Origin: Cyanidioschyzon merolae
Taxonomy: Eukaryota
Assembly (NCBI GenBank): GCA_000091205.1
Contig: AP006491.2
Direction: 5' to 3' (one strand)
Length of the DNA: 64,000 nucleotides
The notes under the pieces were generated by a model, which saw only the letters and a program-made list of their open reading frames with translations, was not told the origin of the DNA and did not search any database. Shown here piece after piece: positions 42,883 to 53,919 of the stretch. Position 1 is the stretch's first letter, and every line of letters starts with the position of its first letter. Made by a program: the position numbers and the translations under genes.

Positions 42883-43579
42883 GTTCATGGTATACCGGTT
42901 ATGGGAGCCTCCTTGTTGCCTCGAAACCCCGGTGTTTGCGCTATGTAGCGTGGGTGAATGAGAACTGGGGCACGTTGCACAAAAATGGTCCCGAAAATGA
43001 GGATGATATGCTGTGCCTCAGCCGAGCGTCGAAGTAGAGCGTTATGTCTGGGTATCGAAAGAGATCCGCGTTGCGATTCGGTATGCTCCGCGAGCGCTTC
43101 GAACTGCAAGCAAGCTTATCGAAAATAACTTGACGGCGAGAAGGAAATCAGGGAGTAGAAAACGGTCGGCGAGTCGGCCCGGGGGCGATGCGAGCGTGCG
43201 CAGTCAACTCTGGGTGATCACCTGGCGTTTGGTTCTACGAAGGGCCCCTGGTACGCCTCTTTGCAACCTCAGAGCACGCGCCTCATATAGTTTAATCGCC
43301 AGTTTCGCTGCTGGTTGCCTTTCAACTTTGGGGACTGCTTCGCTCGGGTGCTGGTGGCGCCGCGACTCGGCCCGCACAGGCACACGTCAAGAAACGCTCT
43401 TGGCGAACGCGACCTATCCGTGAATTGTTTTGCGCAAAACGCTCTGGTTCGGCGGACTTTGCCGCAAGTTCCATCACAGACTTGGGAAGATGCCCTCGGT
43501 CACAGAATTTCAGCATGTCATGAAGATGAAACCCCTTTCCTTTCACCCAAAACAAACGGATGCAGCGCACCGCTGGTCA

Positions 43580-44245
43580 TCAGCAGTGCTTGATCTCAAC
43601 CTGGCGAGTTCCGAACGCTGACTCAGGACCATTCAGGATACCTGCTTTATGAGCCTTCACTCCAAAATCAAGCGCTGCAGGGCACGTGCCCGTACTCGGC
43701 TCCAAGCATCCTTCCCTTCTTTGATCCCAGAATGTAGTCTGAGCCTCGACCCTCTCTAAATGTTGGTACAAAGCGATGCCCACGCAGCCGCTAGCCAGGA
43801 ACGCGACCAGTGTCGCCCAGCTCAGGCCGACAAGGACTCGAGCCTGGAGACAGGCACCAGTCACTTGCGCCGCACTGTAAGCATTGCGTGGGCCCGTAAC
43901 GGACAGGATAATGGACAGCGATAACCAGACAAGAATCAGGAGCACATGGCCCACGAGATCTATCGCGGCAAGGGTCCGTCGCATCGTACCACTTTGGATA
44001 CGGTGTTTCAAGTGAAGAAGCGCGGCGCATACCAGCACACCCGTGAGCACTATCGTTATGATACCAGCTGCCTCGGTGAGCGTACAGGCAACGGCTAGTT
44101 TAAAACACCGACAGCTGCTCGGTGCTGAGCGTTGCGCCGGGAGTGCAATCAACAGTGTCTCCGTCAACGCAAGTCCCGCTGCCAATACGTAGAGTGAACA
44201 CCACAGTACAGTTAGCCGCCACGCTGTCGCCGACATGATCAGCAC
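43580..44245 (-). CDS. Hypothetical 4-TM membrane protein with Cys-containing loops
   Basis: Four hydrophobic segments (LTVLWCSLYVLAAGLALT; IITIVLTGVLVCAALL; IDLVGHVLLILVWLSLSIIL; LSWATLVAFLASGCVGIAL). I recognise no family. Confidence 0.3.
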   Translation of the reverse strand: MLIMSATAWRLTVLWCSLYVLAAGLALTETLLIALPAQRSAPSSCRCFKLAVACTLTEAAGIITIVLTGVLVCAALLHLKHRIQSGTMRRTLAAIDLVGHVLLILVWLSLSIILSVTGPRNAYSAAQVTGACLQARVLVGLSWATLVAFLASGCVGIALYQHLERVEAQTTFWDQRREGCLEPSTGTCPAALDFGVKAHKAGILNGPESAFGTRQVEIKHC

Positions 44246-44783
44246 CGAGCACCTCTACAACCATGCATGTGTTGTGGGGAGCAGCGCGCGCTCCACGGTC
44301 GCCACGGGTCCAAAACGAAACGAAGAAAAAAACGGTGCGCGAAGCGATCCGATCGCAAGTGTCACGCGTGACATCTGCGATCCCGCACCGGCAACGCGGG
44401 TGTCTGTCTCGCGTGCACGGCTGCGAGCAAAATGCAAGGCACCGCTGCAGACTCCAGTGCAGCCGCAGCATGCCCAGCGGGAAGCTTCGAGCACGTCTGG
44501 CGTCGGAACGAAGAGCAGGCACCGCTGGAGGCGCGTTGCCGACCCGCGGAAAACAAAAATACCCGCTACTACATGGTACGTGGTCGAGTGGCGCTGTCCC
44601 TGAGACCTACCCGCTGGTGGCGCCCGGCTCGAACGCCCAGTTTCCGGGGCGATGCTGCAACGAGCAAGCGCTTGGACGCGGTCGGTAGCAGCTCGGGGCC
44701 AGCGCCCAGTCGCATCGGTAGCGCGCTACCGCCGATGTCCATGACGGCGGTCGAGGTATCGACGGAACACCAGCGCTGGGACG

Positions 44784-44800
44784 CACACACACACACACAC
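44784..44800. repeat. (CA)n microsatellite
   Basis: Direct read: cacacacacacacacac. Confidence 0.7.
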
Positions 44801-45236
44801 CGCCATTCAGAGGGTCTTATTCGATGGTGGACGGAAGGGTTGCAGTGACCAGGCATGCTCGCGATCGTGCGATGCCGGCAATGGACTACCGCGAGACCGG
44901 GCCGTTGTGCACGTCCAAATGCTGCAGCAGCGCGCATCCGTGTGCGCCTGCGTAGATGCTGGGGGCCGGCTCCGGCGAGCGATCATCGCCCGCGGTGGTC
45001 ACGCTGTGTCACGAGCTTGGACACGCACGCGCAAACAAGCACCGCGCGGCTGTTGTTCAAAATGCCCCCGCGGCGGCGGCGGCGGCGGCGGCGGAAGCCA
45101 ACGCACAGCGACGTGTTTTTGTGCAGCACGTTTCGTTTGTTGGCGCCAATTGCGCAAAATCTGCGCTCTACTCGTTTCCCCTTCAACACGCCTCGTTTGG
45201 CTCCCTGTGTACCGCGAGTATTCATTCAGCTCTAAA

Positions 45237-45728
45237 ATGGAAGAGGTTGAGGGTAAATCAAAGCTGTGGTCTGGTGTGCGTTGGGTGTTCTATGTCACCG
45301 TAATGACGCTGTCTATTGTGGTATTTGCGTGTATCGCGAACCGTCTGTTCTCTGCGGGTGGCGGGTGCAACGGCTTCAATAGCCGGGACGGCTGCAACTA
45401 CGCTGTTGCCACTGGCGTCATTTCCTTCGTTTTTCTTCTATTCTGGCTTATATGGACGAGTCTAGAGTGTTTCGACGCTGTGCCGGACTCGTTCGGGCCT
45501 CTGCGAGTGATCGGCGTCGAGCTCGTCACGAATTTTCTCGTGATGCTGCTTTGGTTCGTATCCGGCATCGTGCTTAGCGCGCAACAAGACGGAATTAGCA
45601 GCTGCACGTCGGTGACGGGCGTTACGTGCGGCTGTGCGCGTGCAGCTCTAGGAATTTCATGGGTGAACTGGGTTCTGGAGCTTGGGTTCTGTACGGCGCT
45701 TTTGGTGACTGCACTCAAGGGCTCGTAA
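45237..45728 (+). CDS. Hypothetical small 4-TM (MARVEL-like topology) membrane protein
   Basis: MEEVEGKSKLWSGVRWVFYVTVMTLSIVVFACIANRLF...VISFVFLLFWLIWTSL...VIGVELVTNFLVMLLWFVSGIVLSA...GISWVNWVLELGFCTALLVTAL. I chose the start at the ATG at 45237; the upstream part of the ORF is a poly-Gly/Arg, GGC-repeat-derived stretch. Confidence 0.4.
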   Translation: MEEVEGKSKLWSGVRWVFYVTVMTLSIVVFACIANRLFSAGGGCNGFNSRDGCNYAVATGVISFVFLLFWLIWTSLECFDAVPDSFGPLRVIGVELVTNFLVMLLWFVSGIVLSAQQDGISSCTSVTGVTCGCARAALGISWVNWVLELGFCTALLVTALKGS

Positions 45729-47859
45729 AATTTGAGTTGCGGCCACGGCGCGCTACACGCTTTCCAGAGTCGGTAGCGAGCGTTCTCAGCATGGACTGAG
45801 GTGACTGCGTCCAAGCTGATGTCGCTTTGCAGTTCGCGGAGCTTGTGCGATGGCCCCGGTGGGCCTCACAGAGAAGACGGCGGGAGAGTCGATGTTGGCA
45901 GGCCAGTGCGCGGCGCGAAAAACCGCCACCTGGACGGGGATGACGCTAGACGCTGCGCCCTGCACCGCATGCTGGCAGATCGGGTACCCGCTGGGGATTC
46001 AGGGTTCGCACTGAGCATCATTCGTTGGACAAGGAGCGCCGACTTGTGTCATGGGGCACGTTTCGCCCCGAACGATGCCGCGCTCCGTTGCTAGGTTTCT
46101 GTTTTAAAGCATCAAGAAACGGTCGGAACGAGAAACTCGTGACGACGCGTGGGTAGTTGACCGACACGAGCCCCTTAGCTGCCGCGCGGTTCGCGTCGAA
46201 GCCGCCCGTTCCAGAACCGAGTGCCGCCATCGACCAGAGCAGAAAACCTCGCAGGCTTTCGGGGATAAGCGCACCGTTGCGCCACCGTCGGCGCTTGTCT
46301 TCGTCAGCGTCAGAGCAGTGAATTCCGGAATGCCTGTGTTAGCACGCCCTTTTTGCCGTTGCATGTCTCGTGCGCAGATTCCAACACCATGAATGAATCC
46401 TCTGGAGGGCCGCAGAGAGACTGCGTGTTATCACTGCTAGCTTGCGCAAAATGCTCGCACGTGTGCAAGTCAGTTTTTCCACGGGCAGCACGTGGATCAG
46501 TCGCCATGCTTGTAGCGCTCATGTGGAACGTCAAGCACCGAAAACGAAACGTACCCAACAGTTTCTATACGACTGTATGCTCGTCAAATCATCCGGCTCC
46601 CTATGTTCTTCGATGAAACACTGTAAAAGATGCCGCAAGATCTTGAGGTTCCGTACTGTAGACAGGACCGGCAATGAAGAAACATAGACAGACAAAAGGA
46701 AAAGCGCGCGTCTGCCGGAGAACGCCGCGCGTTGAACGACGCATGATCAGTTCCGTCCTGAAAAGCGAACGCCTGTTATCGAAGGGCCTGGTGGTCATCT
46801 CAAGCGATGAGACTCGATTCAGCGGAAATAGTAGACCTGAATACGGGTACCCACAGAAGAGCAGACCGCACATCCTTAAAAGTGCCCAGCGAGCATTCCG
46901 TCAAAATCAGTCCCAGCGGCGATTCAATCTTGTAGATGGGTGCAAATCACCAAACGGGCAGGATTCTTTGAGATCGCATCTTTCATTGAATCACCTTGTC
47001 GTCGCTCTTTCCCTTATTCTTCTGTTCTGCTGCCAGATAACTTTCCAACATTCAACTGCGGCTGCAGAACACGCAGCTGAGCTCGGCAACGAGCTGCTCT
47101 TCGTGTCAACTGCTTCTCCCTGGTCCAATCCAGTCGAAGCCGTCTTCGCTGGTGTCAAACGCCATTTATACGCTAACCGATCAACAGATAAGTCGTTCTC
47201 TACCCTCACCAGCCCTGTAGTGCTGTTTATCTCCACTGTTCTTGCGCAGGCGGGAGCGGAAAGACCCGCTCCACACTGTGGGCATACTCATCACGTTGAG
47301 AGTGAAGAAAGGCACTGGAGTATTGATAGGCACAAACGCGCATCGAAGAGGCGAGCTTTGGAAACACCGTCCATCCAGTACGTCCGAACCCCGAGGGAAG
47401 ACACAAGTACAGAGTATACCAACCAAAACAATACATCCCAGCCAAGTAGAGGAGAGGGCGAAGGAGCTGGTCTCTGTAACCAAGCACGAAGCATTCGAGC
47501 AACACCGCGAGTAGCATTGGCAGAACTGGTTCAAGGTCTCTCGTTTACAGTGACGATGGAGACAGACACGATATGCATCTGCTTGCACTGGGTGAACCAT
47601 TCTCCTGAAATGAGCAAATCGATTCATGTTCAAATGCTCCCGGTACATGAAGACGGAGACTTGTCGATGAGCGTAGATTCCGGCTAAAAAAGGCGTCATG
47701 GCCGTCGTCGTATCCCCAAATGAAGAGGACTGAGCCACAGACTTGGATGGTGAGCAGATGAAGCGGCTCAGCAATTCCAGGAATCCGTGGTACAGTCTGT
47801 CGGGCATGATGAACCCCGGGAGACATTCCACCACTTCGAATGACGGCGACAGGACCCGC

Positions 47860-48300
47860 TCGCCGTTCTCGGGCCTCTGAACATCGCATCGAACAGGATT
47901 GGATGCTTTATATGCTTTTGTCGGCGGGTAAAGTAATGGATCATATAGATGATCTTCGGTCGGCGTCCATGAAGCCACACGTATGTCGGCGACAGTTTCA
48001 GTCGTCCAGAGGCCAGCAGCGTGCAGTCGTCAATGTCTTGCATGCAATGAATAAGAAAACGACCGAAAAGTCGTATCGTTTCCTGGTAGCATATGGCGCT
48101 GGACGTGCCGTAGCGCGCAAGGGCTGCACTCCTGCTCCGCCCGGACCAGAGCATTTAAGGTGTGTAGGAAAGGATTCTTTACGATTCCAACCGAACCGCT
48201 CAGGATGACATGTGCGCATCACGAGCACGAGTACAAGCAGAGACTCGTAAAGAGAAAGCAGATGAAACAGCGCGGGGTGCCTTTTGTGGTATACGGTGCG
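47860..48300 (+). pseudogene. Third, heavily degraded fragment of the TnpB/Fanzor-like nuclease gene
   Basis: ORF 47840..48208 contains [50 protein letters not shown]. This parallels [49 protein letters not shown] in the 29.5-kb copy. ORF 48160.. continues frameshifted with FTIPTEP.RMTCAHHEHEY, matching [20 protein letters not shown]. Confidence 0.45.
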
Positions 48301-49060
48301 CTCACCGAACGTCAGATGGAAGGCCAGTCACAGCGGAGAGGCCTGCCCTGCAGCGATTCCGCCAGCAACCGTGCGCGCACGCATCTACCGCTTCGAGATT
48401 TGAACGCCCCGAGCAGCGTTGGGAAACGCCTTGGAATTCCGAAGTATCCAGCTGCTCTACCTCAAGCGAACTTTCCATGGCATCGTTTAGGACTCCATGC
48501 AGGCATCGTACTGAATCACCGAAGACTTTCGATGGAAACAACTCAGTCGCAAGTGGGGACAGGGCTGGATGCTCGCGTGCAGCTCGGCACTCGAATGCCA
48601 CAATCCAGCAATGCATCGAGGCTGGAGTGCTGCACGCAAGGATCTACACAGGGAACAATGGCCCGGTGCACTTGATCAGACATCATCGTGTCCGACAATT
48701 CGATACGTTTGCGTATGTGCGTCGACCGTTGCCGTAAATGGATTATATACGCGTCTTGATGACAAGCTGACGCATGTTGTCCAGATGCAGGTCGAGATGC
48801 CTGCTCGCGAATCCCGATATGTCTCTACCGTTGACGCCGTGGCAAGCGCGCCTCCGCAGCGATGCACGGATGCTGCGTGTGCGTGGCACGCATCCGTCAC
48901 GTGACATCATCCGTGTATCGCGGTGCGTGGCAGCACTCTGTGGACACGACGACGCGGGATGCACATGCATCCCGGCGTTTGCTTCGGATGTCTATAGAGC
49001 GTCCGTTTTTTTCGTCTTTTATCGATAGGTGAGTCTGGATCGGATGCTGAACCTGGGCCT

Positions 49061-52000
49061 TTACCGAGTCGACGCTGCAGACGTCGCATTCCGAAGCGAG
49101 TCCTGGGCCAGCAGAGAACGCTCGGTTAACAGACCAGCACGCACGACGCGTACTGGTTTCTTCGGTGTATTGCGGGGGCGGTTGCTTCCTACCTCTTCGA
49201 TGCGTCGAATCGTGTCCATACCGTCAAGAACCTGCCCCAAAGGCACGTATTTGCCGTCCAGATACCCGGCATCGGAACCGGTCGTGATGAAAAACCTGCC
49301 GTCGCCCTCGTTGCGGTCGTTGCGGACCAAACCGACCAGACCTGCACGATCGAAGCGCAAGCGCGGAGCTTCTAGTAACCATCGTTCGCTTCGGGGCACT
49401 GGGTCACCCGCTTGCAACGTCAGTCCCGGCACAATGCGGTAGAATGACGTGTTCGTGTACCTGTGGATACAGCAGTCGAGGAAATGTGCACTCGACACAG
49501 GCGCCACCTCGCCAAAGACTCCAATAACGATTCGACCAGCCGGTTGGCCATCGATCTCAATGTCGAGGTAGCAGCGGTCAGTGATCTGTGGGGCCAAGTC
49601 GTCCAGCGCCTTCAGCGCAGAGTCGCGCTTCGCGCCATTCGATTCGCTCGCAGCCAGAGCCGTGCTTTGCAGTGACATCGTTCGAGCTGAGGCAGCTGCT
49701 GTAGGCGGCGTACCGTTAGACAGCTGATGCTCCACAAATCTCTGCAGTGGAATGTCGGAGGCGTTGCAGGTTTGCCAAGATTCGGGTGCGCGTTCCAGAT
49801 GCGTACCTACGAACCCTGATGGCAATGCGTCTGTGTCCGCTGCAGAAGCAATGACAACAGCGGAAGCAGACTTTGGCAAAGAAGCTCTTGTTGCTGTTGG
49901 CGCTTCTGGACGGGCCTCAGCAACACGACCTGGACCTGGCATTGGAGCCATTGCAGCGTCGACAGAGGCGAACGGCAGCCATAAACTCAACGCGCTCCAG
50001 GCTACGGCCAGGATGATAGCACTTGCCTGAAATGGCACTTGCTTACGTCCAACCGAATCCGAGGAGCGTGCACCACCACCGGAAGGCGCACCAGTAGCGG
50101 TCTCGTTGCGCGTAGCACCAGCGGGGGTATCCCCATGCGACTGGCGTTGGATGGGTGCACAGGCGCGTTCCAGCCACCGAAGAACAGCGGTCTCGTTACG
50201 TTCCTTCAAGCACGGTGCAATGCGTTCATACACTTCACGATGATAATGATTCAGCCAGGCGATCTCTTCATCAGACATCTGATCCAAGTCTAGTAAATCG
50301 GTGGATATCGGGACCATGGTCAAACGCTCAAACCCCAGAAACCGCTGACCACCAAAACTGCGCGCCGTCTCTACTGGTCGAACCACGAGCAGATTCTCAA
50401 TCCGAATACCAAATTCGCCATCCTCGTAGTAGCCGGGTTCGTTACTTAGAATCATGCCTGGTCGTAAGCCAACCGATGCAGCGTTCATTCTCGGAGAGAT
50501 GCTCTGCGGGCCTTCGTGGACGTTCAGCGCTGCCCCGACACCATGCCCCGTGCCGTGGCGATAATCCAGACCCAGACCCCATAGCGAGCGTCGAGCAAAG
50601 CTGTCCAGCAGTGTACCAGGGGTATTCTCTGGGAACACCGCCGTATCAATCGCAATATGGCCCCGCAGCACGCTCGTGTAGCAGCTCCGCACGTACGCGT
50701 CAGGTTTCCAAGTCGTGCGTTGTCCGCCGAGGAACAAAGTGCGCGTTACGTCCGTGGTACCGTCGACGTACTGGCCGCCAGAATCCAACAGGAGCACGCT
50801 ATTCGGCTCCCAGGTCCGACATTCATTCGGATCCGCGCGGTAGTGGATAATGGCGCCATTCGGACCGAGTCCCGCGATCGTATCGAATGAAGTGAATAGG
50901 AATCCTGATTCTTCGGCGCGAAACGCGGTGAGCCTCTCCGCGATGATGTGCTCATTCAATGCGCTGTACTTGGAGCTATCTTCACTGATCCGCTCCACCT
51001 CTGATTCCAGCCAGTGAAAGAACCGGCAAAGAGCGACTCCGTCACGAAGATGTGCCGCACGCATCCCAGCTAATTCCACGTCATTCTTGATCGCTTTCAT
51101 CAACGAGAGCGGTGTGGTATGCAGATACACTGCCTGAAGGCGACGTCGGAGGATCGCTGGATCCTCTTGAGCGGCAACGAAGCTATCCGCATCCAAGCCA
51201 GCGGCATGAAGCAGCATAGCCAACGAGACACTCGAAGGATCCATCCACAGGCGCTGCTTGCCTGGGCCGTAGTGTTCCCGTAGATACGATGCACACGCTT
51301 CATAGGGGCGCGTCTGAACCCCGTTCGCACGCAAATGTTCCTGGACGGCGACAGCGTTCGCCCCATCAAGTTTGGATGTGTCTACGAACAGTAGTGCGTC
51401 GCCCTCGCGGGGTACTAGGCCGTATGCCAGCACAACCGGACAATGTGGGATATCCTCCCCGCGAATGTTGAAAAGCCACGCAACCTCATCGAGCATGGAC
51501 ACGAAGACGCCGTCGACTCCTTCAGACATTTTTTGCCGGATTGCGGCAATTTTCTCCGCTGTAGATTGCCCAGCGTACTCCAGTGGATGAACTCGTACTG
51601 GGTTCGTCGGTAGCGACGGGCGCTTTGCTCCCCAGATCCGATCGACTGGGTGAGCCACAGCCTCCGGCAACGGCACAAGATGGATATCGAGTTCGAGCAC
51701 CCGGGAAACCCAGGCGTAGTGATGCACAAGCGGGTCGATGCCGACGCGATAGATACGACCAGCGCGTCTATGTTCACGGGAGCGTTCGGCGAGAAAATCT
51801 TCCAAAGTTGGCGTACCTGGCGTGCCCGTCTTCATGAGTCGCCAGCCCTCGGGCAGCTGCCGCTCAGCCTGAAGGAAGTACCGGCCATCCGTCCAAAGAT
51901 ACGCCTCCGCGTCGCTGCTGGTCACCAGGGCGGTCCCGGCGGAACCAGTGAAGCTCGTGAGGAACTCGCGTCGCGCATAGTGTGGCGGAGGATACTCCGA

Positions 52001-52315
52001 CTGATGCGGGTCTGCAGTTGGGACAATGAAAGCGTCGAGTGACTGTGAACGAAGCCAGCCTCGAACTGCCTCAACTTTGTCCGCAAGCGCAAAGACGTGG
52101 ACGTGTTTTCGATGTTGCCTTCGCGGTGTCTCTTCTTGGGGTCGATCTCGTACGAGCCTTTCCTGTCGCCTCGAACTTCGAAACCTGGTCCAGAGAAGCC
52201 GTCTGTTGCTTGGCGCTCCAGGAGCAAACGGCCGCCGCGTTACCAGACTGAGGCAACGACCGAGTTGTGGCTGCGACAGCCGTCCCGACGCCACGCTACC
52301 TGTGTGTAACCACAT
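49061..52315 (-). CDS. Xaa-Pro aminopeptidase P (M24B metallopeptidase) continuing without a stop into a C-terminal cyclophilin-like PPIase domain
   Basis: N-terminal APP domains (FIVPTADPHQSEYPPPHYARREFLTSFTGSAGTALVT...WTDGRYFLQAE). M24 core (HGTGHGVGAALNVHEGP...SNEPGYYEDGEFGIRIENLLVV). APP C-terminus (LRWLERACAPIQRQSH). About 200 aa of linker with one hydrophobic segment. Then a cyclophilin-like block (YLDIEIDGQPAGRIVIGVFGEVAPVSSAHFL...FYRIVPGLTLQAGDP...GDGRFFITTGSDAGYLDGKYVPLGQVLDGMDTIRRIEEV). Confidence 0.7.
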   Translation of the reverse strand: MWLHTGSVASGRLSQPQLGRCLSLVTRRPFAPGAPSNRRLLWTRFRSSRRQERLVRDRPQEETPRRQHRKHVHVFALADKVEAVRGWLRSQSLDAFIVPTADPHQSEYPPPHYARREFLTSFTGSAGTALVTSSDAEAYLWTDGRYFLQAERQLPEGWRLMKTGTPGTPTLEDFLAERSREHRRAGRIYRVGIDPLVHHYAWVSRVLELDIHLVPLPEAVAHPVDRIWGAKRPSLPTNPVRVHPLEYAGQSTAEKIAAIRQKMSEGVDGVFVSMLDEVAWLFNIRGEDIPHCPVVLAYGLVPREGDALLFVDTSKLDGANAVAVQEHLRANGVQTRPYEACASYLREHYGPGKQRLWMDPSSVSLAMLLHAAGLDADSFVAAQEDPAILRRRLQAVYLHTTPLSLMKAIKNDVELAGMRAAHLRDGVALCRFFHWLESEVERISEDSSKYSALNEHIIAERLTAFRAEESGFLFTSFDTIAGLGPNGAIIHYRADPNECRTWEPNSVLLLDSGGQYVDGTTDVTRTLFLGGQRTTWKPDAYVRSCYTSVLRGHIAIDTAVFPENTPGTLLDSFARRSLWGLGLDYRHGTGHGVGAALNVHEGPQSISPRMNAASVGLRPGMILSNEPGYYEDGEFGIRIENLLVVRPVETARSFGGQRFLGFERLTMVPISTDLLDLDQMSDEEIAWLNHYHREVYERIAPCLKERNETAVLRWLERACAPIQRQSHGDTPAGATRNETATGAPSGGGARSSDSVGRKQVPFQASAIILAVAWSALSLWLPFASVDAAMAPMPGPGRVAEARPEAPTATRASLPKSASAVVIASAADTDALPSGFVGTHLERAPESWQTCNASDIPLQRFVEHQLSNGTPPTAAASARTMSLQSTALAASESNGAKRDSALKALDDLAPQITDRCYLDIEIDGQPAGRIVIGVFGEVAPVSSAHFLDCCIHRYTNTSFYRIVPGLTLQAGDPVPRSERWLLEAPRLRFDRAGLVGLVRNDRNEGDGRFFITTGSDAGYLDGKYVPLGQVLDGMDTIRRIEEVGSNRPRNTPKKPVRVVRAGLLTERSLLAQDSLRNATSAASTR

Positions 52316-52408
52316 GCAACCCGAGTAACGCGCACTGACAACGCGGATTAGACGGCGAGCTCGTAGGTGTTAAGAATACAACCGCACGACTTTGAACCTC
52401 GTTTGTTC

Positions 52409-52552
52409 GACGGTCAACGAAAGCCTTATCGCAAAGCACGTGCAAAGTGTTTATTCGACTCGCAGTTAAATCCGTATCACAAAGCACGTGCAAAGTGTTT
52501 ATTCGACGCTCAGTTAAAGCCTTCTCACCCAGCACTTGCAAAACACTTGCGC
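52409..52552. repeat. 48-bp tandem repeat x3 just upstream of the aminopeptidase gene
   Basis: Three consecutive units: cgacggtcaacgaaagccttatcgcaaagcacgtgcaaagtgtttatt; cgactcgcagttaaatccgtatcacaaagcacgtgcaaagtgtttatt; cgacgctcagttaaagccttctcacccagcacttgcaaaacacttgcgc. Confidence 0.75.
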
Positions 52553-53116
52553 AAACGCCACCGAACGACGCGTTGTAGAGTGCAGCGCTGAAGCAATTCG
52601 GTACTCAGCACGTGGCGGAACGTGTGTCGCGGGTGTACCGTTTGCGAGCCCCGATGTGTCCGAGGTGCCTCCCGCGTCTTTCTCGTATGGCGAGGCGCAC
52701 CAGAGCAAGTCGTTGATCAAGCTTGCGGTTTAGGATGCTGGGCGTGTCCCGGAAGTCGCAGAATCCATGGTTCGCATTCGCTGGCAACTGCAGCACCCTG
52801 GACGCCCCGCATGGATTAGCAGCATCGCCGCGACTGCCATTACAGGTAACCGCACGCGACTCGTCACCTGGGATAGCGCGTTACCTACTGATCCATTCCC
52901 CTGCTGAATTGTGCTTCAATGCCGCTGGGATTCGGTGAATATCCGGAGTGCCTGTCGCTTTACAACCTGAGTCACAGTCCAAGTACATCGACCTCCGTTG
53001 TGCCGGGTGCTAAGATGCCTCCAGAAAACCCACGATTGCTGTGCTGAACACCGAGGAAACATCCCATTCAGGATGCAGCACGGATGAAATGAGCCAAAAC
53101 GCAAGGAAGCAAGTGA

Positions 53117-53392
53117 GGGAAACCCGCTGCTACACCACAGCGCTTTGGGGTCATCGCATCGATGAGAACGCACCCTTACCTCGACGGGAAACCCGCTGCT
53201 ACACCAGAGCGCTTTGGGGTCATCGTATCGATGAGAACGCACCCTCACCTCGACGGGAAACCCGCTGCTACACCACAGCGCTACGGGGTCATCGTATCGA
53301 TGACAACGCACCCTCACCTCGACGGGAAACCCGCTGCTACACCACAGCGCTTTGGGGTCATCGCATCGATGAGAACGCACCCTCACCTCGAC
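53117..53392. repeat. 69-bp tandem repeat x4
   Basis: The unit gggaaacccgctgctacaccacagcgctttggggtcatcgcatcgatgagaacgcacccttacctcgac starts at 53117, 53186, 53255 and 53324. It is open in frame on both strands, encoding RETRCYTTALWGHRIDENAPSPR x4 on the plus strand. Confidence 0.85.
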
Positions 53393-53919
53393 GCATGCCA
53401 TTTTTGGCGCCGCGACTGCCGCCGCCGCTGACTGCCAGCGTAACGTGGCAGACGTTGGGCAGCGTTCGCAGCCACTAACACACATCCTACAAAAACGAAT
53501 AAGCAGGCGCTCAGCGTTCCGTACCACGAACTACGGCACAACGGATGTGCGATTCAGGGATACAAGCAGGTGTGATAGTTACCTCCTTTTTCGTCATAAC
53601 GTACACTACAGTATAGATCGACGCACTCCTCGACTTTTGGCTCGTGGCGCACGCTGCAGTCCCAGGTGGTGCTGGCTGCAACCCGAAAGCGCTAGGGAAC
53701 ACCAGCTTGAACCCGTTGGTGGTGGCGGTGGTAGTAGTAGTAGTCATAGTGGAAGAGCTTGCGCTGTGGTCGACCACGAGCACCGAACACGTTGCGTCGC
53801 ACCGTTGGGCAACTCGGTGCAAGCCAAGTTCACGCTGGAGTCGTTGACTTGCTTGCTACACTGTAATCGCGCTCACCGATCGCACGCAAGGAGCAGAGGC
53901 GCAGCAATCGAACGCGAGT

